From: an uncultured virus (IMG/VR IMGVR_UViG_3300038312_000251) | Taxonomy: Duplodnaviria; Heunggongvirae; Uroviricota; Caudoviricetes | Strand: one strand, 5' to 3' | Virus record (IMG/VR): IMGVR_UViG_3300038312_000251 | Length of the DNA: 64,000 bases | Part shown: in pieces, positions 39,351 to 48,049 of the stretch | Layout: every line of letters starts with the position of its first letter | Position numbering within the stretch: position 1 is the stretch's first letter | Translations under genes and position numbers: made by a program | Notes under the pieces: model-generated | The model's database searches: none | What the model was told of the DNA's origin: nothing | Seen by the model: the letters and a program-made list of their open reading frames with translations, nothing else

Positions 39351-40181
39351 TTAAATCTTACTCCAATGAATTACAACATCCAAACTTTCTTTACCCTCAA
39401 AATCACCGCCCCAATTTTTATTATTCCTGGTCTTGATAGTAACTATACCAGGAAATGTTGCGACCATACGCTTAGTCTCTGAATTCATTAATTCTACATT
39501 TCTGTAATTAGAACAACCGCCCTTAGCGTTAGAACCGCTTGTCTTATCAAAAGCGAATTTATTGGTAATTAATATATCATACCCCATTTTTCTTATTGCT
39601 ATACCAGTAGCAAAATCTTCCTTAATGGGCCAATCAGACATATAAACAGGATTTTCTTCCTGGGAATAGTATTTTTTACAATCAAGTCCCCAAATAGCAA
39701 AAAACCGTTTATTGCGTTCTATGTCTTCCATGCCTATTCTGTTGAAAGGTCTGAATGAAATTCCGGCAATTCCTATATCTTTTTTATCAAGAGATTCCCA
39801 TAGCCAATTAAACATATTGGTCTGATGTTCTAATATTTCACTATCGGTGAAATTATTCTTGTTAAGCACTCTTGGAGTCTTGTATCCTTCGAGACGTACA
39901 GAGAACGTTATATTATCGTCCATAAATATTATCTTTCCTTCAGGAGCATTGTAAGCAAGCCATTCCCTTACTTCGGCAAGATTCTTAGCATTGGAGTCAT
40001 ATTCTTGAATATCTTTAACCTTACCGCCCCAATTCTTTTGATGTAGCTTTAGTTCTCCTGGATGACAAAACAACGAAACGTGTTTTAGTATTTCCGGATG
40101 TAGCCGTTGCAGAGTCTTTTGAGTGTCGACTCTGCCTCGGGTTGTTAAAGCAATTAATATGTCTTTGTTTATTTTTCCCAT
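39351..40181 (-). CDS. GT-A fold glycosyltransferase of the TET/JBP-associated (GREB1-like) DNA glycosyltransferase type
   Basis: T.GR, R.W, FMDDN (DxD-like), KED, SNAKGGC..YR, FPG.V, I.W.K. Confidence 0.75.
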   Translation of the reverse strand: MGKINKDILIALTTRGRVDTQKTLQRLHPEILKHVSLFCHPGELKLHQKNWGGKVKDIQEYDSNAKNLAEVREWLAYNAPEGKIIFMDDNITFSVRLEGYKTPRVLNKNNFTDSEILEHQTNMFNWLWESLDKKDIGIAGISFRPFNRIGMEDIERNKRFFAIWGLDCKKYYSQEENPVYMSDWPIKEDFATGIAIRKMGYDILITNKFAFDKTSGSNAKGGCSNYRNVELMNSETKRMVATFPGIVTIKTRNNKNWGGDFEGKESLDVVIHWSKI

Positions 40182-41122
40182 TTTCTTTTAACAATATCGG
40201 ATAACGGTTTATTTTCTTTAGAAACTTTGACTGCTATATTTCTTACTTCTTTTGTTATATCAGGTAATGTTTTCTTTCCTAACTTATCAGGAAGCAATCC
40301 TACACGCATACTTACACTGTTGCATATATTACAAGGGAAAAATCCTCTTTCACCGTTGTATAACATTATCCTCGCTGCTTGAAAACGTTCATGATTCCAA
40401 AGCGAAATAATATCCATATCATTTATGTTAGCAATAGGATATTGTCCTCTAAAGTCATCGCAACAAATAGATACGCTTCCGTCCCAACGAAATGATAATT
40501 CTCTGAAAGGAACGGTACATCTTTTATAAGTATATCCTTCAGCAGGAGGAAAAGCGGCACCGCAATGATTCTTTAAATTTCTAACATAACTTATCTTAAC
40601 ATCAACTATTGGAGGCAATACAAGTATGTCAAACTTCTTGGCATGGGAAAACATTGGTATTCCTTTGTCCATGTATATTACTTCCTTTTTGCTTTCAACC
40701 GCTTTTACAACTTTACTCCAATCTCCATTGGGTGAATAGTTATCAAGCAATAAATGATTTACTCCGCAATCTTCCAAAAGGTTTACATAATCTAATATAT
40801 CCTCTGACTCTACAATTCCTTTGCCGTTGGATATTATATAGAATAGATTGTTTGGCAATTCTTTCCTGAATATATCTATTATTTCAAATATGTTTTCATT
40901 CAGAGTAGGCTCCCCATGCATAGCAAAAACAATTTTTGAGTTCCATCCTACTTTCTTTATTTCAGAAGCAATACGTTTTGCCGTTTTAATACTTAAGAAC
41001 TTCCAAGGTCTGGTACCCTTTTCTCTCATTCCTCTTAACCCGCAAAAGTTACAACCCAAGTTACAACCTTCTGTTAGTTCTATTTGTACTGTAAATGGAG
41101 CTTCTTGATTTTCTATTTTCAT
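40169..41122 (-). CDS. radical SAM protein with SPASM/twitch-like domain
   Basis: CNLGCNFC, GEPTL, C..PF.....WDG....CC.D, C..C. Confidence 0.9.
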   Translation of the reverse strand: MKIENQEAPFTVQIELTEGCNLGCNFCGLRGMREKGTRPWKFLSIKTAKRIASEIKKVGWNSKIVFAMHGEPTLNENIFEIIDIFRKELPNNLFYIISNGKGIVESEDILDYVNLLEDCGVNHLLLDNYSPNGDWSKVVKAVESKKEVIYMDKGIPMFSHAKKFDILVLPPIVDVKISYVRNLKNHCGAAFPPAEGYTYKRCTVPFRELSFRWDGSVSICCDDFRGQYPIANINDMDIISLWNHERFQAARIMLYNGERGFFPCNICNSVSMRVGLLPDKLGKKTLPDITKEVRNIAVKVSKENKPLSDIVKRKWEK

Positions 41123-41145
41123 AATATAATGCCTTTTACAATGTT

Positions 41146-42384
41146 TTACTTCTTTTTCTTATTACCGCTGTAATACTCTGTATTTTTATTCTTGTACTGC
41201 CCCGCTTTTGTCTTGCTCGGTGGTACTTTATCTTTTCCCCTACCTCTTCCCATATCACTACGGTCAATTTCCGTTTCATCTTCTGCCAAAGGTCTTTTTC
41301 GCTCCGCTTCCGCATCAAACCCAGCCTGACGTGCTTCCATTTCTTGTTTTTGTTTCCGTATCTTAGCCAAGAACAATTCTTTGGTACGCTCCGCAGAACT
41401 CTTTTCAACATCCGTTACATCTTCCGCTTTAACGTCCATAACGTTGTCTGAAGCTGTACGTTCAATTGTAGAAAAATCATATGCCTGATTAGATGGATAA
41501 TTCATTTCAGCATCTTCATCGTATTCACCTGATATATCAACGAACTTTGCGTAATAACTATTATGTAACCCCGCAATCAATTTCTTGGTATCAAAGTTCA
41601 TCCTTGCCGCCACACGCCCCAAAATGATTTCCTTTAGATTGATTGTTTTAAGTATCTCCTTTTGTATATGGTTTTGTATTGATACTTCTATATTAACGTC
41701 CAAAACTCCATTTATATTCAAAACATCTCCTTCAGCTTCCTTGCGAATTTGCTCTAATGTTCTCAGCATAGAATTGTACGCATCTATTCCGTTCAAAGCA
41801 ACGTATCTTGCTTTCATCTTAGAATACATCCAAGCAAGCTCCTCAAGTCTTGGTCTTTTATTATACAAACGGACATCGGCAACTCTATTCCGAAACTCTT
41901 CACGCTTTCGCTCTATATCAACAATATATTTCTTCAGAATACCTTTAACATCATCCTCATTTACAATCACCCCATTATCCTCTCCCATTATCCTTACTAC
42001 TTCGGCAACGGTAAACATTCTACCAAGCAGCTCAATAATATCTTCTTCAAACGGACTGAGCTTGTATATAGCCACCTCATCCTTTTTCTTTCCACCATAA
42101 CAACCAGCTCTCCCAAAGGCAAGAGCAGAAGCAGTGGTTATCTTTGCCCTGATTACATTGTACTGTCTTTTCAATTCCAATATTTGTTCTTGTTCTTTGG
42201 GACTGAGATGTTCAATGAACTTCTTCAATCTATGCGGTAACATCGCAATGTTTATTTCCTGCCCATCTGAACTTATATACATAGTATTGCGAATTGTTGG
42301 ATGCTTTTGCAAGGCAAGCATTTTCTTATACTCTTTGGGATTTACAACATCCTCTGGTATCGCTATTGTTTTACTATTATCCAT
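41146..42384 (-). CDS. terminase small subunit-like protein (DUF2280-like)
   Basis: REEF...V....NK..RL.EL..MY...LEQIRKEAEG pattern. Confidence 0.55.
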   Translation of the reverse strand: MDNSKTIAIPEDVVNPKEYKKMLALQKHPTIRNTMYISSDGQEINIAMLPHRLKKFIEHLSPKEQEQILELKRQYNVIRAKITTASALAFGRAGCYGGKKKDEVAIYKLSPFEEDIIELLGRMFTVAEVVRIMGEDNGVIVNEDDVKGILKKYIVDIERKREEFRNRVADVRLYNKRPRLEELAWMYSKMKARYVALNGIDAYNSMLRTLEQIRKEAEGDVLNINGVLDVNIEVSIQNHIQKEILKTINLKEIILGRVAARMNFDTKKLIAGLHNSYYAKFVDISGEYDEDAEMNYPSNQAYDFSTIERTASDNVMDVKAEDVTDVEKSSAERTKELFLAKIRKQKQEMEARQAGFDAEAERKRPLAEDETEIDRSDMGRGRGKDKVPPSKTKAGQYKNKNTEYYSGNKKKK

Positions 42385-42391
42385 TTTTTAT

Positions 42392-42709
42392 TTACGCTTT
42401 ACAATTTCCTTTACCCTTTATATTTGTTTTTGTTATTGTATCGGTTGCGCTTCTTTGCCGTTTCTTAGCTTTTTTAATAATACGCAATCTTTCAACTCTT
42501 ACGACGCAAATTGGATAGTGTCCTTTCTGCTTGGGATAATCGGATATTTTTGTAATCCTTAAAGTTTTTTTTCTATCTATGAATGCCGTGATTGGGAACT
42601 TCTGCTTTTGCGAATATATAAAAACACGAAAGGACACTGGGGTGTCTTCTTTCACCTCAACGTCCTTATCCTTTTTCTTTAATTCTGTTTCAAGTTCTTT
42701 TGCCTTCAT
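42392..42709 (-). CDS. basic hypothetical protein
   Basis: 105-aa ORF. Confidence 0.55.
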   Translation of the reverse strand: MKAKELETELKKKDKDVEVKEDTPVSFRVFIYSQKQKFPITAFIDRKKTLRITKISDYPKQKGHYPICVVRVERLRIIKKAKKRQRSATDTITKTNIKGKGNCKA

Positions 42710-42739
42710 TTTAAAATTATTGACAATTGTAAGCAGACA

Positions 42740-43165
42740 TTATTTGCTGTTTTCATCCTCTATTATAGGACATTTTACTGACCCCCCTAACTCTTTGCGT
42801 TCTTTGACTTCAACTTCATCTGTGTAGTCTTCAAACAACAACTTTCCGATTTTATCCCAAGAAACAAATGTTTCTTTAGATGGCATTCTGTTCTGTTTTA
42901 ATCTTGCTGGAATATTTGTTTCTAAAATTACTCCTTCGCTTTTGGCTATGAAGCCTACTATGCAAACTTTTTCTTCTTTTTCAACTAACTCCCAAAAATC
43001 TTTATTACTAAATTCATGTACCCCTATTATCCATGTTATACCCTCAACACCCTCCATTTCATACCCGTTTTTGTTAATATTAAAACTAACAATCCCTCTT
43101 TTATCTCTCCATTCTTTGGGTAAACTCGGATACCACTGTTTTAATCTGTATTTTTTCATAATCAA
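42740..43165 (-). CDS. hypothetical protein
   Basis: KKYRL..WYPSLP motif; 141 aa. Confidence 0.65.
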   Translation of the reverse strand: MIMKKYRLKQWYPSLPKEWRDKRGIVSFNINKNGYEMEGVEGITWIIGVHEFSNKDFWELVEKEEKVCIVGFIAKSEGVILETNIPARLKQNRMPSKETFVSWDKIGKLLFEDYTDEVEVKERKELGGSVKCPIIEDENSK

Positions 43166-43258
43166 TTTTCTTTTAATGACGGTTTAGCAATTGTGACAAT
43201 TAGCCCTACAACTCCTAAAAGTAACCCCCACAAAAAACCTTTAACGAAAGGTCTATTC

Positions 43259-43549
43259 TTACTCTGATAAATCACCCCCCCTGCTATTGCACACACAATC
43301 CATAATACTAATGCTTCCATAATTTTTGTTTTTTAAATTGTTTATATTTTCTTGAACCAAATTTTTGAAGATGTTTTTTTGTTCATTGATAATACGGTTT
43401 ATAAGTTTGTTAGTCCATTTGTTTCTTTTCACTCCTGGTTTTAACAGAACTCCAATGATTTGCGGTTTGACCCAAACGGCTGATTGTGATTTACTTTCTA
43501 CCTTTACAATTTCCTTTTTTAGCTTTCTCGGTATTTTCAAATTTTTCAT
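43259..43549 (-). CDS. basic hypothetical protein
   Basis: KIPRKLKK N-terminal motif. Confidence 0.6.
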   Translation of the reverse strand: MKNLKIPRKLKKEIVKVESKSQSAVWVKPQIIGVLLKPGVKRNKWTNKLINRIINEQKNIFKNLVQENINNLKNKNYGSISIMDCVCNSRGGDLSE

Positions 43550-43554
43550 AGCTT

Positions 43555-43983
43555 TTATTTTAAATCAAATTCTTTTGGAATGATTAAATTTGAAGGCAGA
43601 TATTGTTCTTTGGAACTTTCGGTGCGATATTCCTCAATCACTTCCCAAAATATGTTTTTAATTTCTTCAATGGTAAACCCAGCCAACCCGCATCCTATCT
43701 TTGTAAGATAAAAAGTCAAATTCTGATGTTTTAATACAAAACCGATAAATTCATCAATATAGCTTTTAACTTTATCCAAAGGCAAAGTTTCAACGTTTCT
43801 ATCTTTCGTTGGAATAGCATAACTGTTCCCACTCAATCCATTACCCAATCCCATTTCCGCTCCGAACTTTAAAAAAGCAATGCGGGCAGCTCCTGCTCCA
43901 TGAATTCCTGCTTCGTTACTACCGAATACAAAAATTTCATTCTCATCTAAATTAACAATATTTTCTGGCGTGTACTTTCTCAT
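43555..43983 (-). CDS. macrodomain-like phage protein (A1S_2505-type)
   Basis: IFVFGSN.AG.HGAGAA, SYAIPT, TKIGCGLAG. Confidence 0.75.
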   Translation of the reverse strand: MRKYTPENIVNLDENEIFVFGSNEAGIHGAGAARIAFLKFGAEMGLGNGLSGNSYAIPTKDRNVETLPLDKVKSYIDEFIGFVLKHQNLTFYLTKIGCGLAGFTIEEIKNIFWEVIEEYRTESSKEQYLPSNLIIPKEFDLK

Positions 43984-44270
43984 AACTTATTTGTTATTAT
44001 TTTCTATATTCTCGCAATATTTCAAATATCTTTCTTCAAATTCTTTTTCTGAATCAAAACACAATTCTCTATCGGCTCCTGATTCTGCTAATTCAATATA
44101 TATTTCTTCTTCATAAATATCATACCAATCTTCAAACGATAACAATTTTGATTCTGTTTTCATAACTTACATTTTTAATCATTTTAATAAGTAACTTTGA
44201 AAACAAAAAAGAAAGGGAACTTTTGCCCCCTTTTCTTTTTCGCAAACATCAAGAACATGGAAACATTATA

Positions 44271-44651
44271 TCAATTAACAACAAATTCTTTAAATTTAAA
44301 ACCAAGTTTTTCGCAAGTCAAAGGATTGTAATGAAATACGTCATAAACTCCTTTTGTTGTTATGAAACCGTATGTATGAATCCTTTTGGGAATTTCTTCA
44401 CCGACTGCATAATGAGTTTTAGTCAAAATAACGGTGTCTTCACCGCTTTCCTTTACGTCCGTCACACCTACGATTTTCCCATGGGATACAATCATTATTT
44501 TATCACCTACGTGGAGTTCAATAGGTATATAACAAGCTCCCCCTGAATTATGAAATACTCTTGCTTCCATCTTTGTCTTCTTTTTTCTTTTTATCGGTTT
44601 TCTTTTTCTTAGGTACTGGAATGAACTTTCTTGGGCTTTCTTCAATCTCAT
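44271..44651 (-). CDS. hypothetical protein (start uncertain)
   Basis: 126-aa ORF followed by a hairpin at ~44205-44240. Confidence 0.55.
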   Translation of the reverse strand: MRLKKAQESSFQYLRKRKPIKRKKKTKMEARVFHNSGGACYIPIELHVGDKIMIVSHGKIVGVTDVKESGEDTVILTKTHYAVGEEIPKRIHTYGFITTKGVYDVFHYNPLTCEKLGFKFKEFVVN

Positions 44652-44710
44652 CTTTAGATTTATTCAGCTCATCATCGTATGCTTTTTTGTTTATATCTTT
44701 CATAACATTC

Positions 44711-46195
44711 TCATTTACTTAAAATAACTTTGCCCTTAATGTCTTCTAAAAATACATTTCCCCAAACGTAAATCAATTCATGTTTAGCTCTGGTTACAGC
44801 TACATAAAAAAGGTTTTGTTCTTGTTCGTATTGCCAAGGTTGAGTTGCATATTTACTTGGTATTAATTCTGGTGCTAAAAAGAATATGCGGTCATTCTCC
44901 AACCCTTTCGCTTTATGAATGGTACTTAGTATAATGCCCTTTACTTCATCCGAAAAAATGCCTTTAATCAACTTCTTTAATTCATCAACGCTTTGTACTT
45001 CTCCACTCAGACAATTTATTACTTCTATCTTTTGTTGAAGAACTTCCATTTTTGGATGAAGACTTGGCTTGCGAACTCCTTTTGATTCAAGTTTTCTCAT
45101 TAACTTATTCCGTTCCAAATCTAACATTTTCTCCAATCCTGATATTGTTTTAGCTCCTGTTTTGATTATCAAACTCAAAATACCTTCTCCAATTTCCTTC
45201 CCTCTTATCTTGCTTTTAATTTTATTTTTCATCAACCAAAGATACGCTTGAACTAATGGTTTTAAATTTCTACAAAGTATCCAATCACCTTGCTGAATAT
45301 CTGTTAAACTTCCGTTTCTAACAACACCTTCAGAAGCACCTGGAGCATATGAAATTTCGGGAACTATTTTTTGAGCTTCTTTTACAATATTGATATCGCA
45401 ACGATAGGAAACACTCAAAGGCAATTTAATTGCTTGTCCGTTTATGGTAGCTAATTTATCATAACTCTCTGCGTCCGCTCCCGCAAAACCATAAATAGCT
45501 TGTCTTTTATCGCCTACCGTTACCAATCTGCCTTTTCTACTCAAACATTTTTTTATGAATTCATGTTGTGCAAGTGAAAAATCTTGACTCTCATCGCAAA
45601 ATACAAATTCAAATTTTCTGAACCGAATGGAAGCATCTACGACAGGAACATAAATCATATCCATGAAGTCAAATTGGGATTTATCTTTAACCAAAAGCTC
45701 AAACGCTCTTATAACCATTTTGATATCATCTTCATCAATATCTATATCATAATGATTTATCAACTCCGTTATATCCTCAACGGTATTATTGGAAAGATTA
45801 CATCTCATCAAATCTAATATCTTGGGAATGACATAGAAAAAATATCCACGCCTTTTCTCTGGTATTTCAAATTCCCTTAAAACTTTTTCAGTTTTAGCAA
45901 TTCCTTTGTTTGGATTCATTTTAACCTTACCACCGTATCGTTGTAAAATTAAACGCCAACCGCAAGAATGTATCGTCATTATTTCAACATCTTTTCTTTC
46001 ATTCCTATCTTTTAATTCATCCACTATGGAGTTATTAAAAGCAAGAAACAGGGAACTTGCATTAACAGGAATGAATCTCAATAATCCTAATAACACAGTA
46101 GTTTTCCCTGAACCCGCAACCGCTGAAATATTAATGTCTTTTTTAGTCTTTTGAAATACTTTATAAATTACTTTTTGATATTTCGACAGTTTCAT
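44711..46195 (-). CDS. superfamily I (UvrD/Rep-like) helicase, copy 2
   Basis: AVAGSGKT, DESQD, VGD.RQAIYGF, YRC, STIHKAKGLE, YVAVTRAK. Confidence 0.9.
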   Translation of the reverse strand: MKLSKYQKVIYKVFQKTKKDINISAVAGSGKTTVLLGLLRFIPVNASSLFLAFNNSIVDELKDRNERKDVEIMTIHSCGWRLILQRYGGKVKMNPNKGIAKTEKVLREFEIPEKRRGYFFYVIPKILDLMRCNLSNNTVEDITELINHYDIDIDEDDIKMVIRAFELLVKDKSQFDFMDMIYVPVVDASIRFRKFEFVFCDESQDFSLAQHEFIKKCLSRKGRLVTVGDKRQAIYGFAGADAESYDKLATINGQAIKLPLSVSYRCDINIVKEAQKIVPEISYAPGASEGVVRNGSLTDIQQGDWILCRNLKPLVQAYLWLMKNKIKSKIRGKEIGEGILSLIIKTGAKTISGLEKMLDLERNKLMRKLESKGVRKPSLHPKMEVLQQKIEVINCLSGEVQSVDELKKLIKGIFSDEVKGIILSTIHKAKGLENDRIFFLAPELIPSKYATQPWQYEQEQNLFYVAVTRAKHELIYVWGNVFLEDIKGKVILSK

Positions 46196-46214
46196 TTACA
46201 ATTTATTTTTCGTT

Positions 46215-46553
46215 TCATTTTCGTCCAGCTCCTGCTGAGCTCCACTTATACCATTCCGAACCCTTGGTGAATTCGCATCTAACAACAACACCCTCTTCCA
46301 TAACTCTATTAAATAACGCCATGAAATTGGTTCTATTAACACTTTGTGGAGCGTTCTTAGTTAAAAACTCTGTTATATTAACGCCCTCAACTGTGTTGAA
46401 ATCAATTGATTGAGCTGAATTGAAATAACCTTCCTGCCATTTGTAAACGTTAAAAAACAAACTATGTCCATTTGGAGTGATAATCTGTAAAATCGTGTAA
46501 CCTTCCAAAACAAGTTGCTCGATTGCTCTTTGATAAATATTTACCTCATCCAT
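46215..46553 (-). CDS. hypothetical protein
   Basis: 112-aa ORF. Confidence 0.7.
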   Translation of the reverse strand: MDEVNIYQRAIEQLVLEGYTILQIITPNGHSLFFNVYKWQEGYFNSAQSIDFNTVEGVNITEFLTKNAPQSVNRTNFMALFNRVMEEGVVVRCEFTKGSEWYKWSSAGAGRK

Positions 46554-46554
46554 T

Positions 46555-47190
46555 TTATAACTCTCCTTTTTCTTGAAACATTATTAATACTTCTTTTATT
46601 TTTTTCAAACTCTTTGAGTATTGACTGTTTGTTATATCAGCATTTTCTTTTAAGAACTCAGATGTTTTTTGCCCTAACATCCTTGACCGACATATCATTT
46701 TTTCTAAATCGCTCAAACCTAAATTAGACAATAACAATTCAGAAGTATCTGGTTGTTTATTATCATGAAATCCAGAATTAACAGTCATTAACGCTTCCGT
46801 CATCTCAACTCCACTGCTTCTTTGTAATTCCTTTTGATAATATCGGAAAAAATTCCTTGAGAGTGATTTATTGAAATAGAAATAAAAATTGTACTTTTTA
46901 TTTATGATATATTTCTCTAAACATTTATCAAAAATTATATAACAATCAGCAACCAACTCATCCCTATCTGGCAGCGTGTCCTTTCTGTATGTACCTTGCA
47001 ACAGATTCAAATAATTGGATATGTTTTTCTTGACAATATCCTTCATCATTCTAAATACTAAATTTTTGTATGCATTAATCCGTTTTTCGTCTTTTGAAAA
47101 TCTAATTATAGCAATACATTTGTTAACAAATTTAGCTTTATAATGATAATCATTTTTAAAATACACGCCCTCTAAACTCATATCAATCAC
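46555..47190 (-). CDS. sigma-70-family (alternative) sigma factor-like protein
   Basis: region-2-like DELVADCYIIF.KC.EKY...F.FYF...L.R; region-4-like LSDLEK.I....LG. Confidence 0.6.
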   Translation of the reverse strand: MIDMSLEGVYFKNDYHYKAKFVNKCIAIIRFSKDEKRINAYKNLVFRMMKDIVKKNISNYLNLLQGTYRKDTLPDRDELVADCYIIFDKCLEKYIINKKYNFYFYFNKSLSRNFFRYYQKELQRSSGVEMTEALMTVNSGFHDNKQPDTSELLLSNLGLSDLEKMICRSRMLGQKTSEFLKENADITNSQYSKSLKKIKEVLIMFQEKGEL

Positions 47191-47522
47191 ATTTTACCAG
47201 CGTCCTTAAAATTCTTGACAGCTTGGTGTAGTTGATGTTCTTTAAAAGGCTCTATCTCTTTTTTGAAATGTTCGTGAGAACGTTTCTTCAAAATCTCTCT
47301 CTTGTCTTCTTTTGAAGCAGAGGCATATTTTGCGGCTTGAATGTTTTTATCCTTAATCGGTATATCAGCCGCAGGATTGATTTCTTTTCTTACTTGCCCG
47401 CATTTAGGGCATGGCGCATTATCACTCTGTAATTTCCCATTTACAACTCTGTAAGTATTTGAAAGATATTCATCTTCAATACCAAACTTAGGGCAATCTG
47501 GATTTTCACATATAAACTTCAT
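47187..47522 (-). CDS. zinc-ribbon protein
   Basis: CENPDC ... CPKCG. Confidence 0.7.
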   Translation of the reverse strand: MKFICENPDCPKFGIEDEYLSNTYRVVNGKLQSDNAPCPKCGQVRKEINPAADIPIKDKNIQAAKYASASKEDKREILKKRSHEHFKKEIEPFKEHQLHQAVKNFKDAGKM

Positions 47523-47523
47523 A

Positions 47524-48030
47524 TCACTTATGTTTTTCGATTATTCGTGCGTATTCAAGAATGAGAAGTGCATCACTGGTAGCTAATGTTATTTTACCAA
47601 CATATGGATAAAGTTGTTGAGCTTTTGATTTTAATTTATTCTTCCAATCGGTATTGCTTTTTTTACCCTTAACGCCTAACTGCAATGCTTTCTGCCACTT
47701 CTGAGGTGTAACTTCTACGGTTGGTATCTTTCTGCATAAAAGTGCCATCTCCAAGTGTCCAAATCCCTTTCCGAAATTAAACATACTTGAACCCCCCATT
47801 CCTGGCAGTCCTCCAACTTTCTCTAAATAACAAATGCTGTTATTTTGATAAAAAGTTAAAAAAGAAAGAACGTCTTGGGCTGTTTCAGGCATTTTAATAA
47901 CTTCTATAACTTTATTTTTTTCTTTAGAAAAAACAGCAATTCCACCGCTCTTTCCTGGGTCAATAGCAATAATCTTACTATCTTTTATAAATTTCACACG
48001 CTCTTTATTGTCCATATTTTGTTGATTCAC
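47524..48030 (-). CDS. RuvC-like Holliday junction resolvase
   Basis: IAIDPGKSGG, LEKV, S.FNFG, V.PQKWQK, DALLI. Confidence 0.85.
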   Translation of the reverse strand: MNQQNMDNKERVKFIKDSKIIAIDPGKSGGIAVFSKEKNKVIEVIKMPETAQDVLSFLTFYQNNSICYLEKVGGLPGMGGSSMFNFGKGFGHLEMALLCRKIPTVEVTPQKWQKALQLGVKGKKSNTDWKNKLKSKAQQLYPYVGKITLATSDALLILEYARIIEKHK

Positions 48031-48049
48031 TTATTGATTAGTAACTCTG

